Position numbers and translations under genes: made by a program. Under the pieces are notes generated by a model. It made no database searches. It was not told the origin of the DNA and was given only the letters and a program-made list of their open reading frames with translations. This document shows, piece by piece, positions 44,989 through 56,272 of a DNA stretch of 64,000 nt. Origin of the DNA: an uncultured Methanobacteriaceae archaeon (GTDB taxonomy: Archaea; Methanobacteriota; Methanobacteria; Methanobacteriales; Methanobacteriaceae); NCBI GenBank assembly GCA_963829125.1, contig CAWHHD010000004.1, positions 93,442-157,441 of the forward strand, given 5' to 3'. The stretch's first letter is position 1, and each line of letters opens with the position of its first letter.

Positions 44989-46815
44989 CTATTCTTTTCT
45001 GATTCGGGCATATATTGGTATGTTCCGTTTCATAGCTTTTATTATGATTGTTGCTAATTCAATATCCTTTTTGATCTTGATGTTTCCCTTTTTCCCAACT
45101 GTTGCTGTGAAAAGGTATTCATCTTCAACCAATATATCAAAAGGTGTACCAACAGCATCCTTTCTGAAGTTGAGAACCACGTAGTTGCCCGAGAGCTCTG
45201 TTTCAACAGGGAACATATCCTCAATTTCTTTCACCTTTAAGGCTTCAACACCTATGCTTATACCTATTTCCCTTTCTACTTCGTCAATGGTTTTTCCCTT
45301 TTTACCTATGAGCTTGGCTACATTATCTTCATCTATATGAACAGTGGCACGTTTATCAGACTTCATATCCACTTCTATTATGGCATTGGGTATCCTTTTA
45401 CGTATCTCTTTGACTATTTCCTTTTCAGCGATTTTCTGCACAGGGGACTTTTTATACTCTGTGACACCAACTTCCATTACAATTGTCTGTTCTCCATAAG
45501 TGTATACCTCATGGGCCAGATCTCCAGTTTCGAAGTCTCTAATTTCTATGACAGGTCTTGAAAGATCTGCTTCTATCATACCTGTTGGAACCTTTACTGT
45601 GAGTTTAACATCGTAGATTGCTGCAACCTGGCCATCGTTAATGAATATGGTTGTGTCGACTATGGATGGGATCATTCCAAGCTCAACTCTCCCAATTATT
45701 CTTTGTATGGCATCTATTGGTCTTGTAGCATGAACAACACCTATCATTCCCACTCCGGCAAGCCTCATATCTGCGAATATTCGGAAATCCTTGGTTTTAC
45801 GCAATTCATCGTATATGGTATAATCTGGTCTGACCAAAAGGAGTATATCTGCTGTTTTGCCCATATCTTTCTCTAAAGGTGCATATTGGGTTATCTCATC
45901 ACCCACTTGTAGGTCACGTGGTGATTCCATTGTTTTAACAATTGCTCCAATATCTCGACTATAAAATTCTGCTACTGCTTGTGCAAATGTCGTTTTACCG
46001 GCTCCAGGGGGTCCAGCTATTAACACTCCCTTTGCACTGTTTCTTAACCGATCTATTAGTTTCTCTGGAAGTTTGTAATCGTCCATAGATACTTTGGTTA
46101 TTGGCCTTACAACTGTTATTTCTACCCCATCCGAGAATGGAGGTCTTGCAATGGATATTCTGTACTCCCTGAATTGAACTACAGTTGCACCTTCTCTTTC
46201 TATTTCTATAAAGCTTTTAAAATCACTTTTAGCCATTTCAGTAATTTCTCGGGCCATTCTTTCTAGTTCGCCTCTTTTAAGTGGCTTTTGACCTATTTTG
46301 ACCAAGTTTATATTTCCAGGAGTTCCCTTTTTTGCCATAGGTACAACATTTTCTTTCAGATGGATGGACATGGTTTCGTCATCGAAATACTTGGCTATAC
46401 TGAGCTCTCTGTATCCAATCATCTCGGGTTTCAGATAAATTGCATCCAGTCCCTGAGCCTCTGCAACCTCCCTCTGCACTCTATCGCTTGTAATGAGCAC
46501 GGCTTCATGGTCCCCTGCAGTGTCCCTTATCATGGCATCTATTTCACCGCCCTTTGCAAGGGATATCTCATCGGGTGTGGGTCTTCTTCCCACGTAGGAA
46601 AGTTTTATTTTACCATCACTACAAAGTTTTTGAAGCTCTTTAAGTTCTCCTAAACCGTTAAAGCCAGTTAATCTCCCTTTATTAGCTTGATTTTCAAGTT
46701 CTGATATTACTGCTTTGGGAACAATTACTTCGCAACCGTGATAATCTTTACTAAGTACTAATTTGGTAATTCTGCCGTCAACTATTACACTAGTATCTGG
46801 AACGATCTTCATCAT
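44989..46815 (-). CDS. PINA-type ATPase (PIN + PilT-like ATPase + KH)
   Basis: [12 protein letters not shown] start, [27 protein letters not shown]-terminal IGKKG KH. Confidence 0.92.
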   Translation of the reverse strand: MMKIVPDTSVIVDGRITKLVLSKDYHGCEVIVPKAVISELENQANKGRLTGFNGLGELKELQKLCSDGKIKLSYVGRRPTPDEISLAKGGEIDAMIRDTAGDHEAVLITSDRVQREVAEAQGLDAIYLKPEMIGYRELSIAKYFDDETMSIHLKENVVPMAKKGTPGNINLVKIGQKPLKRGELERMAREITEMAKSDFKSFIEIEREGATVVQFREYRISIARPPFSDGVEITVVRPITKVSMDDYKLPEKLIDRLRNSAKGVLIAGPPGAGKTTFAQAVAEFYSRDIGAIVKTMESPRDLQVGDEITQYAPLEKDMGKTADILLLVRPDYTIYDELRKTKDFRIFADMRLAGVGMIGVVHATRPIDAIQRIIGRVELGMIPSIVDTTIFINDGQVAAIYDVKLTVKVPTGMIEADLSRPVIEIRDFETGDLAHEVYTYGEQTIVMEVGVTEYKKSPVQKIAEKEIVKEIRKRIPNAIIEVDMKSDKRATVHIDEDNVAKLIGKKGKTIDEVEREIGISIGVEALKVKEIEDMFPVETELSGNYVVLNFRKDAVGTPFDILVEDEYLFTATVGKKGNIKIKKDIELATIIIKAMKRNIPIYARIRKE

Positions 46816-47216
46816 TTCTCACCGTAAACGTTTTCTGGCTCAAAAATCTTTTGTTTTACAATATCTAAATTTCCACTATTTTCTTGAATTTTTCTAAAAA
46901 AACAGGAGTAATATCCTTCGTGACATGCTCCTCCATTTTGTTTGACCTTCAATAAAACCGCATCTTCATCACAGTCTGTTAGTACTTCTTGAACTTCCTG
47001 TGTGTGTCCTGAGCTTTCTCCTTTAAACCAAAGCTTGTTTCGCGATGTACTCCAGTAATGGGCTTTTCCTGTTTCAAGTGTTTTTATCAGGGCTTCTTTG
47101 TTCATATATGCTACCATAAGTACTTCAGAACTTTTATAGTCCTGTGATATTGCTATTATAAGCTGTTTACCCCCTATTTCATGCCTGAAATTAAGATCTA
47201 GAGCTTTTTTTTCCAT
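46812..47216 (-). CDS. hisI: Phosphoribosyl-AMP cyclohydrolase
   Basis: YWSTSRNKLWFKGESSG, DCDEDA, ACHEGYYSCF. Confidence 0.97.
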   Translation of the reverse strand: MEKKALDLNFRHEIGGKQLIIAISQDYKSSEVLMVAYMNKEALIKTLETGKAHYWSTSRNKLWFKGESSGHTQEVQEVLTDCDEDAVLLKVKQNGGACHEGYYSCFFRKIQENSGNLDIVKQKIFEPENVYGEK

Positions 47217-47295
47217 TCAATCATCCCCAAATTTATATCTGGATTTTTCATCGCCCAATTACTTTTTAGAATCATTTTTAAGAATTATATACAAA

Positions 47296-48597
47296 TTAAT
47301 ATTCATTTAATTCCAATTTAGATCTCATCACACTTACAATGTTCTTTATTTCAACCTTATCTTGTTCCCCTGTAAGCATATCCTTAACTGTGACCTTACC
47401 TTCTTCTATATCCTTTGCACCTACAAGAACCACATATTTAATTCCAATGGTGTCTGCATAGGACAGTATCTTCTTAAGTTTTTTCCCAACAAGATCAACG
47501 TCTGTTGAGATACCACTTTTTCGTAGTTTCTGGGCTATGTCAAAAGCTTTTAGTTTCAAATCACTTTTTATTGGTGCAACAAATACTTCCAAGGATGATT
47601 TGGATTCAATGGATTTTTGCTGTTTTTTCAGTGCATGCATAACTCTATCGAATCCGAATGCGAAACCTGTGGATTCTACATTTTCTCCACCAAATACCTC
47701 TATTAAATTATAGGTTCCTCCTCCACTTATCTGTTTTTGTGCACCGAGATCGTGTACATAAATTTCAAAAACAGTACCTGAGTAGTAATCTAATCCCCGG
47801 GCAATACCAAGATTTACTATGTAATTTGAAAAACCAAAGGCTTCAAGAGATTCAAGAAGTTCTTCAAGCTCATACAAAGCATTACATGCATGTTCACTGC
47901 AGTTGATGAGAGCTTCTACATCTTTCACAATTGAACTGTTACCCTTCATTCCTATGAGTTTCAACAGCAATTTCCTCGAACTATCATCAACATCAATATT
48001 TTCGAGTAAACTTATTAGTTCTTCAACATCACCCTTGTCAATTACACCCATAACCTGGTCTTGCTGATTTCCCCGGATATTTGCATCGTTTAATATGTTC
48101 CTTAAAATTCCCAAGTTTCCTATGTGTATCTCGAAGTTTTCTAGTCCCAGTTCTTCAAGACAATGAGCTGCCATGCTTATAACTTCAGCTTCGGATTCGG
48201 GCGATTTTCCACCTATCAATTCACATCCGAATTGCCAAAACTGTCTCCATCTACCTGCCTGAGGCCGTTCGTATCTGAAACAACTCCCAAAATAATACAT
48301 CTTAACGGGTTTAGGAGTTTTTTGAAGTTCTTTAACATACATCCTTGCAACAGGAGCTGTGAGTTCAGGACGAAGTGCTAAATCCCTGCCACCCTTATCC
48401 TTAAAGTGGTAAATCTGATCCTTTATGCCCTCACCTGATTTGGTTGTGAAGAGCGATAGTTCCTCGAATATAGGCGTTTTTATTTCACCGTAACCATAAG
48501 TTTCAAATATTCGTCTCATGGTAATTTCCACACTTGTTCTCTCTTTCATCTCATTAAAAAGGAAATCTCGTGTTCCTCTAGGTCTCTGTATCTCCAT
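47296..48597 (-). CDS. hisS: Histidyl-tRNA synthetase
   Basis: [46 protein letters not shown]. Confidence 0.97.
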   Translation of the reverse strand: MEIQRPRGTRDFLFNEMKERTSVEITMRRIFETYGYGEIKTPIFEELSLFTTKSGEGIKDQIYHFKDKGGRDLALRPELTAPVARMYVKELQKTPKPVKMYYFGSCFRYERPQAGRWRQFWQFGCELIGGKSPESEAEVISMAAHCLEELGLENFEIHIGNLGILRNILNDANIRGNQQDQVMGVIDKGDVEELISLLENIDVDDSSRKLLLKLIGMKGNSSIVKDVEALINCSEHACNALYELEELLESLEAFGFSNYIVNLGIARGLDYYSGTVFEIYVHDLGAQKQISGGGTYNLIEVFGGENVESTGFAFGFDRVMHALKKQQKSIESKSSLEVFVAPIKSDLKLKAFDIAQKLRKSGISTDVDLVGKKLKKILSYADTIGIKYVVLVGAKDIEEGKVTVKDMLTGEQDKVEIKNIVSVMRSKLELNEY

Positions 48598-48743
48598 TTT
48601 CTCTCCTTCCTCATGATCTGGATAATTTTTTGTAAAGACTGATATTCAAGTTAACATCTATTGGAGGGATATCTTTTAAATATTCATATCAAAAATCCAT
48701 CTATATAACTGAGTAAATTATAAGAACTTAAAATTAATTAAAT

Positions 48744-49406
48744 TTAATCGTAGTGCTGGAGATATTCTTCCATCATTTTAGGGAAGGACTTAGCACTTAA
48801 AAATCTTAATCCAAGTCTTTCTGCCCATACTTTTATACCTTCATCTGCAGCAACCACTCCGGCTCCAAGTTCCTTTGCCAGTAGTAGTACATCAAGATCA
48901 GGAGCACTGTCGAGTGTACCCTTCCTTAAAGCTATCCTGTAACGTTTTCTAAAGTCGGTTATAGCTTTACCTAAGACTTTGGCTTCTATATCTGCCTTAT
49001 TCTCTCCACGGGACATCATTACCATGGATTCTACTGCAGCTTCCCATATGGAACTTTCAGATATTCGCATCCCTTTGTTCATTCTTTCTCTCATATCCTG
49101 AACATACTCATAAAAAATTTCAGAAGGAATCTTTGTATCATAACGATTGGGAGTTTTTTTGACGATCCATGTTTCAGCTTTGATCATGATCTCATTAGGG
49201 CATTCATAACGAGCCATATAATCAGAAAATTCTTTATATGTGATTGGGGGCATATGACAGCTTATATTGAGTTTTATTCTTGACTTTGCAATAAGATCCA
49301 TCAACACATCTACAGTCTTTGATAAGCTACCTTCTCCAAAGTCATCACGAAGCTGGGTATCGGTGAAAGCAGTTGTATCAAGTACAAACCTCTGTTTTGC
49401 AAGCAT
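48744..49406 (-). CDS. RNA-free RNase P (HARP, UPF0278 PIN-like family)
   Basis: RFVLDTTAF, RERMNKGMR, RKRYR.ALRKG.LDSAPDLD, DEGI..WAERLG. Confidence 0.88.
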   Translation of the reverse strand: MLAKQRFVLDTTAFTDTQLRDDFGEGSLSKTVDVLMDLIAKSRIKLNISCHMPPITYKEFSDYMARYECPNEIMIKAETWIVKKTPNRYDTKIPSEIFYEYVQDMRERMNKGMRISESSIWEAAVESMVMMSRGENKADIEAKVLGKAITDFRKRYRIALRKGTLDSAPDLDVLLLAKELGAGVVAADEGIKVWAERLGLRFLSAKSFPKMMEEYLQHYD

Positions 49407-49706
49407 TTTAACACCTCTTACCAATCTTTCAGATTGATTTTAGATTTCTAACATCCTAACCATGAAGATATATATTGACTCATGTATAAAAGAATTTCTA
49501 AAACAGTGGTTTAATAAAACACAGTAGAATCAGCTTTAAATATGGGTATTAATATTTTATCAGTTTGGTATTGTGAAATTAAATCTGAATTTTAATGGCA
49601 ATTTGGTGAAAAAATCTTTAAAAATAATATTTAAACTTTAAATATGTAGTTTAAAAAAAGAATTAGTGCTAATAACTCATTTGAAGTTATCAGCGTCAAA
49701 ATACTA

Positions 49707-49892
49707 TTACATTTTTTTCTTTAACATTTCTCGCATTTTCTTCATGTAATCTAGTTTGACTTCTAACATAGCTATTTTCTTATCAATTTTCATAGCATAC
49801 ATCATCATCATATCTTCTTTACTCATCATTTCCATCATTTTCTCGTTCATCATATCCATTCCACCCATGTGGTGTTCTTTTCTGCCCCACAT
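49707..49892 (-). CDS. Met/Lys-rich 61-aa microprotein
   Basis: AGAGG RBS; 19 Met in 61 residues; coiled-coil-like C-terminal half. Confidence 0.75.
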   Translation of the reverse strand: MWGRKEHHMGGMDMMNEKMMEMMSKEDMMMMYAMKIDKKIAMLEVKLDYMKKMREMLKKKM

Positions 49893-50402
49893 ATTTTCAA
49901 CCTCTTTATTCTATTTTTTTTTATTGCAATTAATTCTTAAAAAATCAAAATTTCTTAAAGTATTCAATCAAATATCCATTTTCATTTTTTTTAAATTGCT
50001 ACTTCATCTTATTTCACCCTATTACAATATTATGCATCATAACAGATAAATTTTATGATGTAAATCGATCCAATATAAAGTATTAATTACAATTAAAAAA
50101 TAAACTATACTACTATAACCTGAAAATTATTCTTAATAGGGCTGAATCATTGTTGTAATATCAACTAGGAAAGAAGTTTAAGGTAATTATTCCAGTTATA
50201 ATTTATTGCCTGAAAATGGATGGAATGATAATTATACTGAAATTATAATGATAAACCCATGGATTGCATAGCTGAATGGACATGATACGATTACATCAAA
50301 GGTTAAATTAATTTTTCTCGACTATAAAGACATTAAATCGCAGAACCTATGTATTTATAGCAAATTTAGGGAAAATAATAACAAATATAGGAGTATTTTC
50401 AT

Positions 50403-51257
50403 ATGATAACGGGTAAAACAAGTGTTTTTGGAATTATTGGTGACCCTGTGGAACATTCCATGTCACCAGCAATGCACAATGCAGCTTTTGAAAAATTGTG
50501 TTTGGATAATATTTATGTACCCTTCCCTGTTAAAGCAGAAGAACTTGAAGATGCCATAAAAGGGGCACACTCAATGGGAATTAAGGGATTAAATGTGACA
50601 ATACCCCATAAGACTGAGGTAATAAATTATTTGGATTATCTAGACATTGCAGCCGGACTCATAGGTGCAGTCAATACAATAGAATTTGGTGAAAACGGTG
50701 CCATAGGCCATAACACAGATGGTATTGGTGCTATAAGAGCGATTGAAGAAATAACACCGGTTAAAAATAAGAAGTTTATAATTCTGGGTGCTGGAGGCGC
50801 AGCAAGGGCTGTTTCATTTCAATTATTCCTTAGCGGCGCAAAAAGTCTAACTATTTCAAACAGGACAGTTGAAAAGGCAGACGTACTCAGAGATGATTTA
50901 GTAGAAAAATTAGATAATGATGTGAAGGTTATAGATATGGGCTTTGAACTTGAACAAGAACTCAAAGATACAGATATCCTTATAAATACAACCCCAATAG
51001 GGATGTACCCTAATATTAATCAGAAACCATTGATAACTGCTGCTATGATTGATAAAAGTCTAATAGTTAATGATATTGTTTATAACCCATTGAAAACAGG
51101 ATTGATATTGGAAGCAGAGAAGGCCGGAGCTAAAACTATATATGGGATTAAAATGTTGATGTACCAGGGTATTGAATCCTTTAAAATTTGGACTGGAATT
51201 GAACCACCAATCGAAGTTTTCGAAAAGGCTCTTATATCAGAGATGAAAATGAAATAG
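50403..51257 (+). CDS. aroE: Shikimate dehydrogenase
   Basis: HSMSPAMHN, NVTIPHK, GAVNT, NTDG, GAGGAARA, NTTPIGM. Confidence 0.97.
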   Translation: MITGKTSVFGIIGDPVEHSMSPAMHNAAFEKLCLDNIYVPFPVKAEELEDAIKGAHSMGIKGLNVTIPHKTEVINYLDYLDIAAGLIGAVNTIEFGENGAIGHNTDGIGAIRAIEEITPVKNKKFIILGAGGAARAVSFQLFLSGAKSLTISNRTVEKADVLRDDLVEKLDNDVKVIDMGFELEQELKDTDILINTTPIGMYPNINQKPLITAAMIDKSLIVNDIVYNPLKTGLILEAEKAGAKTIYGIKMLMYQGIESFKIWTGIEPPIEVFEKALISEMKMK

Positions 51258-51316
51258 TTTAATAATACTTATTTCGAATTTTAAAAATTTAAATCAAGTA
51301 AATACTCAAGAGGATT

Positions 51317-52168
51317 ATGATGGATAAGATTCCAGTAACGGACAACCATATTCATGTGGATCCAATAAATGGTGAAGGACCAATTGAAGTTGCCAACAAA
51401 TTCTACAGGGCTGGCGGCAGCTTTATGATAATTCCAAACAAACCAACCTGGACCGTAAGTGAGCATTGCAGTTTTGAAGATGCAATGGAACTGGTTATTA
51501 AATATGTGGATGAAATAAACAACGGAACAGATGTTAAAGCTTTTGCAGTGGTTGGTGCCCATCCTGCAGAACTCTCCCGTAGAGTGAAAGCGGGTATGGG
51601 TCTCGAAGATGCAGAATTATTAATGCAAGATGCACTTAAAAAGGCTCAAAAAATGGTTTTAGAGGGGAAAGCGGTTGCTATTGGGGAAGTTGGAAGACCT
51701 CATTACGATGTATCTCTTCAAGAACTTGAAGTTCACAACAGACTTATTATTCATGCAATGGAACTTGCAAAAGACGCAGGATGTCCTGTTCAACTTCACA
51801 CGGAAAGTGCAGGTCCTGAACAATTTTTAGAATTTGCAGAAATGGCCGATGTAGTTAAACTTCCTAGAAAAAAAGTTATAAAACATTTCTCAGGAGCATT
51901 GATTCTTGAAAGAGAAAATCATGGGTTAACACCATCTTTAATAGCAACTAAAGATGTAGTAAAGGAAGGACTTAAAAAGGGAAAAAATTTTTTGATGGAG
52001 ACAGATTACCTCGACGATAAAACCCGCCCCGGTGCAGTTTTAGGTCCAAAGACAGTTCCTAGACGAACTCTTGAACTTATTAAACAAGGATTAATAAATG
52101 TAGACGATGCCTACTCTATACACGTTACCAACATAGAAAATATTTACAATTTGGATTTAGGGGTTTGA
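51317..52168 (+). CDS. TatD-related metal-dependent hydrolase
   Basis: DNHIH, GAHPAE, IGEVGRPHY, QLHTE, KHFS, METDY.DD..RPGAV. Confidence 0.85.
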   Translation: MMDKIPVTDNHIHVDPINGEGPIEVANKFYRAGGSFMIIPNKPTWTVSEHCSFEDAMELVIKYVDEINNGTDVKAFAVVGAHPAELSRRVKAGMGLEDAELLMQDALKKAQKMVLEGKAVAIGEVGRPHYDVSLQELEVHNRLIIHAMELAKDAGCPVQLHTESAGPEQFLEFAEMADVVKLPRKKVIKHFSGALILERENHGLTPSLIATKDVVKEGLKKGKNFLMETDYLDDKTRPGAVLGPKTVPRRTLELIKQGLINVDDAYSIHVTNIENIYNLDLGV

Positions 52169-52219
52169 TATCTTAAATTAAAGATAGTAATACATATTTA
52201 AAATAAATATTCACATATT

Positions 52220-52798
52220 TTAATGACCACCACTTATTAAAAAGCTCGCAACACCGATAAGAATGCCAATAAGCACGATTTCAATACTGGTTTTCAGTAG
52301 ACTTTTTCTCGATACCTTTCCCAAATAGATACCTAATATCACTAGTGCAAAGAAACAGAGAGTTATAGTAGTCAATGTTGCTGTAGTTCTACTTGTAATT
52401 AAAAGAAATGGTAATACTGGTACAAATGAACCTGTAAAACTTGAGAAGCCATGGGTGAACATACTCATGTAAACCCTTTTTTTTGCCTGCCTGTGTATCA
52501 ATGTGTCGTCTAGGGCACCTTCTTCAATTACCATTTTCTGTTCTAGTTCCCTTAGATTTCGGGCTTCTTCAGCCCTTTCACCTATAAATGATCCAAATGC
52601 ATTTGATAGTGATAGAGCTATACCACCACTGAGACCTGTAAGACCGATTACATAATTAGGAATATTTAATCCACCGGCACTAGCAACTCCACTGGCAGCT
52701 AAAGTAACTCCCATAACTGCAAGTATGCCATCTAAGGTTCCTAGAGCAACGTAACGGCTCATATTAAGATACTCTTGTATAAATTCACTAAGTTTCAT
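52220..52798 (-). CDS. VIT1/CCC1-like (TIGR00267-type) membrane protein
   Basis: GTLDGILAVMG, SNAFGSFIGERAEE, SFVPVLPF. Confidence 0.85.
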   Translation of the reverse strand: MKLSEFIQEYLNMSRYVALGTLDGILAVMGVTLAASGVASAGGLNIPNYVIGLTGLSGGIALSLSNAFGSFIGERAEEARNLRELEQKMVIEEGALDDTLIHRQAKKRVYMSMFTHGFSSFTGSFVPVLPFLLITSRTTATLTTITLCFFALVILGIYLGKVSRKSLLKTSIEIVLIGILIGVASFLISGGH

Positions 52799-52938
52799 TA
52801 CTAGAAATTCTCCTCAAATTTAAGTTAATTATATATTAACATTGATTAGAAAGCTTTTTAATTTTTAGTTTTACCTTATTAAATAATCGAAAAATATTTT
52901 ACAAAAAAATAAGATTTATTTCTGAATTTTAAAAGATT

Positions 52939-54147
52939 CTATCCCCTACCAAGATCCTTATGTGCTCGTGCTAGGTGGCCTGCAGCCAGAGCACCAAGCA
53001 GTGAAAGCTCACCAGCTAAAACTGTACCCGAAACGATCTCTGCAAACTTACCAACATTCCCTGCACCATAAACACCCATTATATCTAAACATTCGTGGGC
53101 TGTTTCAAGTCTTGTGCCGCCACCAAAAGTAGCAATTGGAACATCAGGAAGTGTTACAGAGAAGTAAAGATCTCCATTTGTTACTTCAGCAACTGTTATT
53201 CCTAAGCTTCCCTCTACAATGTGGGCTTCATCCTGGCCGGTTGCAAGAAATATTGCACCTATCATATTAGCATAATGCGCATTAAAGCCCATGCTTCCTG
53301 CAATTGCAGATCCTACAAGATTTTTAGCGATATTAACTTCTACAATTGCTTCCGGAGTTGTTTTTAACTTTTTTTCGACGATATCTCGGGGTATGGATAT
53401 TTCAGCACTTATAGTTTTACCCCTTCCCTCAATCATGTTTATTGCTGCGGGTTTTTTATCGACATCTAAATTTCCACTCAGAGAAATGACATGAGCAGAT
53501 GTTTCCTTGGTCAGTACCTTAAGAGCTGTTTCTGTGGCTATCGTTACCATGTTCATGCCCATACTATCTCCAGTTGTGTATATAAACCTGGGATAAACAT
53601 ATTTTCCTACTAAGACGACTGGATCTATTTTTACAAGCTTTCCATGTCTTGTTGTGGATTCTGCAGCATTTTTTAATTTGCTAAAATTATCTTTGATCCA
53701 GTTCTTAATTTTAAGAGCTTCAGAAATTGATTCTGTTTTAATAACAGGAGCCCTTGTCATTTTATCGTCAATTATTCTGGCTGTAACACCACATGCCGAT
53801 TTTATTACAGAGCATCCTCTGTTTACAGATGCAACCAGGGCACCCTCCGAAGTTGCTAGTGGAACATAATAATCACCTTTTGCATGTTCTCCATAAACTT
53901 CAAGAGGTCCAGCAATTCCAACAGGTATTTGAACAGTTCCTATAGGGTTCTCAATATTTCTCTTTAAAGCTTCCTCCATTGAGAGCGAGTATTTGGAGAG
54001 ATGATCCAAATTTGTGTTTGATAATGTTTCAGCAAACTTCCTACGTATATCAACAGACATTTTTATATTTTCAGTATATTTTTCTATTTCATGGAGTTTC
54101 ATTTCACCATTCAATAGTTTTTCTATTATTTCTTTTTCTTCTACCAT
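52939..54147 (-). CDS. hmgA: HMG-CoA reductase (NADPH, class I)
   Basis: IENPIG, PLATSEGALVAS, GDSMGMNM, SGN...DKKP, TGQD.AH, GGGT. Confidence 0.97.
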   Translation of the reverse strand: MVEEKEIIEKLLNGEMKLHEIEKYTENIKMSVDIRRKFAETLSNTNLDHLSKYSLSMEEALKRNIENPIGTVQIPVGIAGPLEVYGEHAKGDYYVPLATSEGALVASVNRGCSVIKSACGVTARIIDDKMTRAPVIKTESISEALKIKNWIKDNFSKLKNAAESTTRHGKLVKIDPVVLVGKYVYPRFIYTTGDSMGMNMVTIATETALKVLTKETSAHVISLSGNLDVDKKPAAINMIEGRGKTISAEISIPRDIVEKKLKTTPEAIVEVNIAKNLVGSAIAGSMGFNAHYANMIGAIFLATGQDEAHIVEGSLGITVAEVTNGDLYFSVTLPDVPIATFGGGTRLETAHECLDIMGVYGAGNVGKFAEIVSGTVLAGELSLLGALAAGHLARAHKDLGRG

Positions 54148-54276
54148 TTTATTCACTTAATAAACTTGTATAACAATATGAATTTAATAATTAATTTTAA
54201 GATTATTCTAATCATTAAAATTAGTATATGTGGACATATTTACATATTTTGATAAATTCAGGATTTATTGTAATCT

Positions 54277-55137
54277 CTACAATAGCTCCCATATTATATC
54301 CGCAATTTCAGACGGCCTTTCTGCTACATGAACGCCTGAATTTTCAAGTGCTTCAATTTTACTTAGTGCAGTACCACTGTTCCCTTCGATTATTGCACCT
54401 GCATGTCCCATCCGCTTGCCTGGTGGCGCTGTTACACCTGCAATGTAAGCAACAACAGGTTTTGTGATATTTTTATTTATAAATTCTGCTGCTCTTTCTT
54501 CTGCATTACCACCGATCTCACCTATCATTACCATGGCTGCTGTGTCATCATCATTTTCAAACCTTAGTAAAACATCTGCAAAGTCTAACCCAACAACTGG
54601 ATCTCCACCGATCCCTATGCATGTACTCTGGCCCATTCCCGCATTTGTTATTTGGTTTGCAACTTCATAGGTCAGAGTCCCACTTCTTGAAACTATTCCA
54701 ATATTCCCTTCGTTAAAGATGTGAGTGGGCATAATCCCAAGTTTTCCAATACCCGGACTTATTATTCCCGGGGTGTTGGGGCCTATAATTGTTGTTTTTT
54801 CCCGTTTTGCATACTCAACTATTTCCATTGTATCATGTACGGGTATATGTTCTGTAATAATTACTGCAAGATCAAGCTGGGATATAGCTTCAAATGCCGC
54901 ATCTTTAGCGAATGGTGCTGGAACAAAAATTATAGATGCATTAATATCCTGTTCTTCCCTAGCTTCTTCAATTGAATTGTAGATTGGAAGTATTCCAAAA
55001 TTTTGTCCCCCTTTACCGGGACTCGTTCCAGCAACTATTTTGCTTCGGTAGTTGAGCATCTGTTCAGTATGAAAGGATCCCTGTTTACCTGTAATTCCTT
55101 GGACAATACATCTGGTGTTTTCATCAAGAATTATCAT
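54277..55137 (-). CDS. sucD: Succinyl-CoA synthetase alpha subunit
   Basis: [37 protein letters not shown]. Confidence 0.96.
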   Translation of the reverse strand: MIILDENTRCIVQGITGKQGSFHTEQMLNYRSKIVAGTSPGKGGQNFGILPIYNSIEEAREEQDINASIIFVPAPFAKDAAFEAISQLDLAVIITEHIPVHDTMEIVEYAKREKTTIIGPNTPGIISPGIGKLGIMPTHIFNEGNIGIVSRSGTLTYEVANQITNAGMGQSTCIGIGGDPVVGLDFADVLLRFENDDDTAAMVMIGEIGGNAEERAAEFINKNITKPVVAYIAGVTAPPGKRMGHAGAIIEGNSGTALSKIEALENSGVHVAERPSEIADIIWELL

Positions 55138-55195
55138 ATTATCACACCCTAAAGTTTTATAATTATTGCAGATTCATACCATATGTTACAAACAT

Positions 55196-55918
55196 TTATC
55201 CTAAAATTCTCATCCTCTCGGCAAGCGGAACAGCCAGATCCATAACATTACCGTTCATGTATGCTGAAACAGACAAAATAACACTTCCAGGAATAACGTA
55301 GGATGGTGTTCCCCTTTTTACCAGGTAAACATTTTTGTTTCCAAGTGCAGCTCCAACCATGGCTCCTGCTACAACACCCACACTTTCAATATCTTCAATG
55401 GTTGCGGCAACAACTGGATCATCGGTTTCATCTGAAACATATCCAACACCCGGTATATTGACAGTTCCATTTAATCCGCCGCCTATATCTGTGACATTGT
55501 CCATGCCGGTTGCTGCATCAATTGAAGATTTTACAACATTCTTCACAAAGGGTTCTCCTCCGTAGGTATCAAACGCGAGTATTACTGCATCAGGGTACCT
55601 ATCCTGACCTATCCTTGCCTCTGCATAGGATATACCTTCACCAGCTCCTTCGGGAGTTTTTGATATTCCGGCAATATCTCCAATATCTTCGGCGTTTTCT
55701 TCGAGAATATTAACTATGGCTTTGTTAATTGTTTCAAGGTCTTTGTCATGTACAAATGCACTTATAACAATATCATCACCGGTAATATTCGTTAAAGCAG
55801 CTTTATGGGCTCCAATATCCAAGAGTTTAGTTATATCATTTTCAATGTTTTTTATCAAACTGTTGCTGCAGGAAACATCATTTCCTGAGATATCTGCACC
55901 TATAGATGTTAATTTCAA
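55196..55918 (-). CDS. Hypothetical protein, acidic and Gly-rich
   Basis: 240-aa ORF with AGGTGA RBS, 3 ' end abutting sucD promoter region in the same orientation; no family recognised. Confidence 0.75.
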   Translation of the reverse strand: MKLTSIGADISGNDVSCSNSLIKNIENDITKLLDIGAHKAALTNITGDDIVISAFVHDKDLETINKAIVNILEENAEDIGDIAGISKTPEGAGEGISYAEARIGQDRYPDAVILAFDTYGGEPFVKNVVKSSIDAATGMDNVTDIGGGLNGTVNIPGVGYVSDETDDPVVAATIEDIESVGVVAGAMVGAALGNKNVYLVKRGTPSYVIPGSVILSVSAYMNGNVMDLAVPLAERMRILG

Positions 55919-56272
55919 GCGATCACCTTTCGTTCATCACGTTATCATTTTGGATATAAGTATCATAGGATTTGTTAGATCACACATCAAACAACTATTT
56001 TTATTAAATGAAATCATCTACGATTGTATTTATAATTGTCAATTGTTTAGTTAATTTCTTGTAATTCATTATAATTGATATAGGGCTATATTGGGGGAAC
56101 TTGTTTTTATAGATTTTTGTAAATATTGATCCTAGTTACAAAATTTATCAATATTCACCTGTTGCATATTATTATCTATTATCAGAGCCAAAATATAAAT
56201 TACATTTCATTTTTATTACCAAAATCCTATAATATAGGATGTGTTAATATGAAATAGGAGTTGTGATGGGAA

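Noticed and set aside
44989-46815. PilT-like ATPase as the motor for the island pilins
   Set aside because: PIN and KH domains identify it as PINA-type nucleic-acid ATPase, not a pilus assembly ATPase
50130-50400. Possible gene remnant upstream of aroE (…LLPENGWNDNYTEII…)
   Set aside because: Interrupted by stops and no family recognised; cannot support a call
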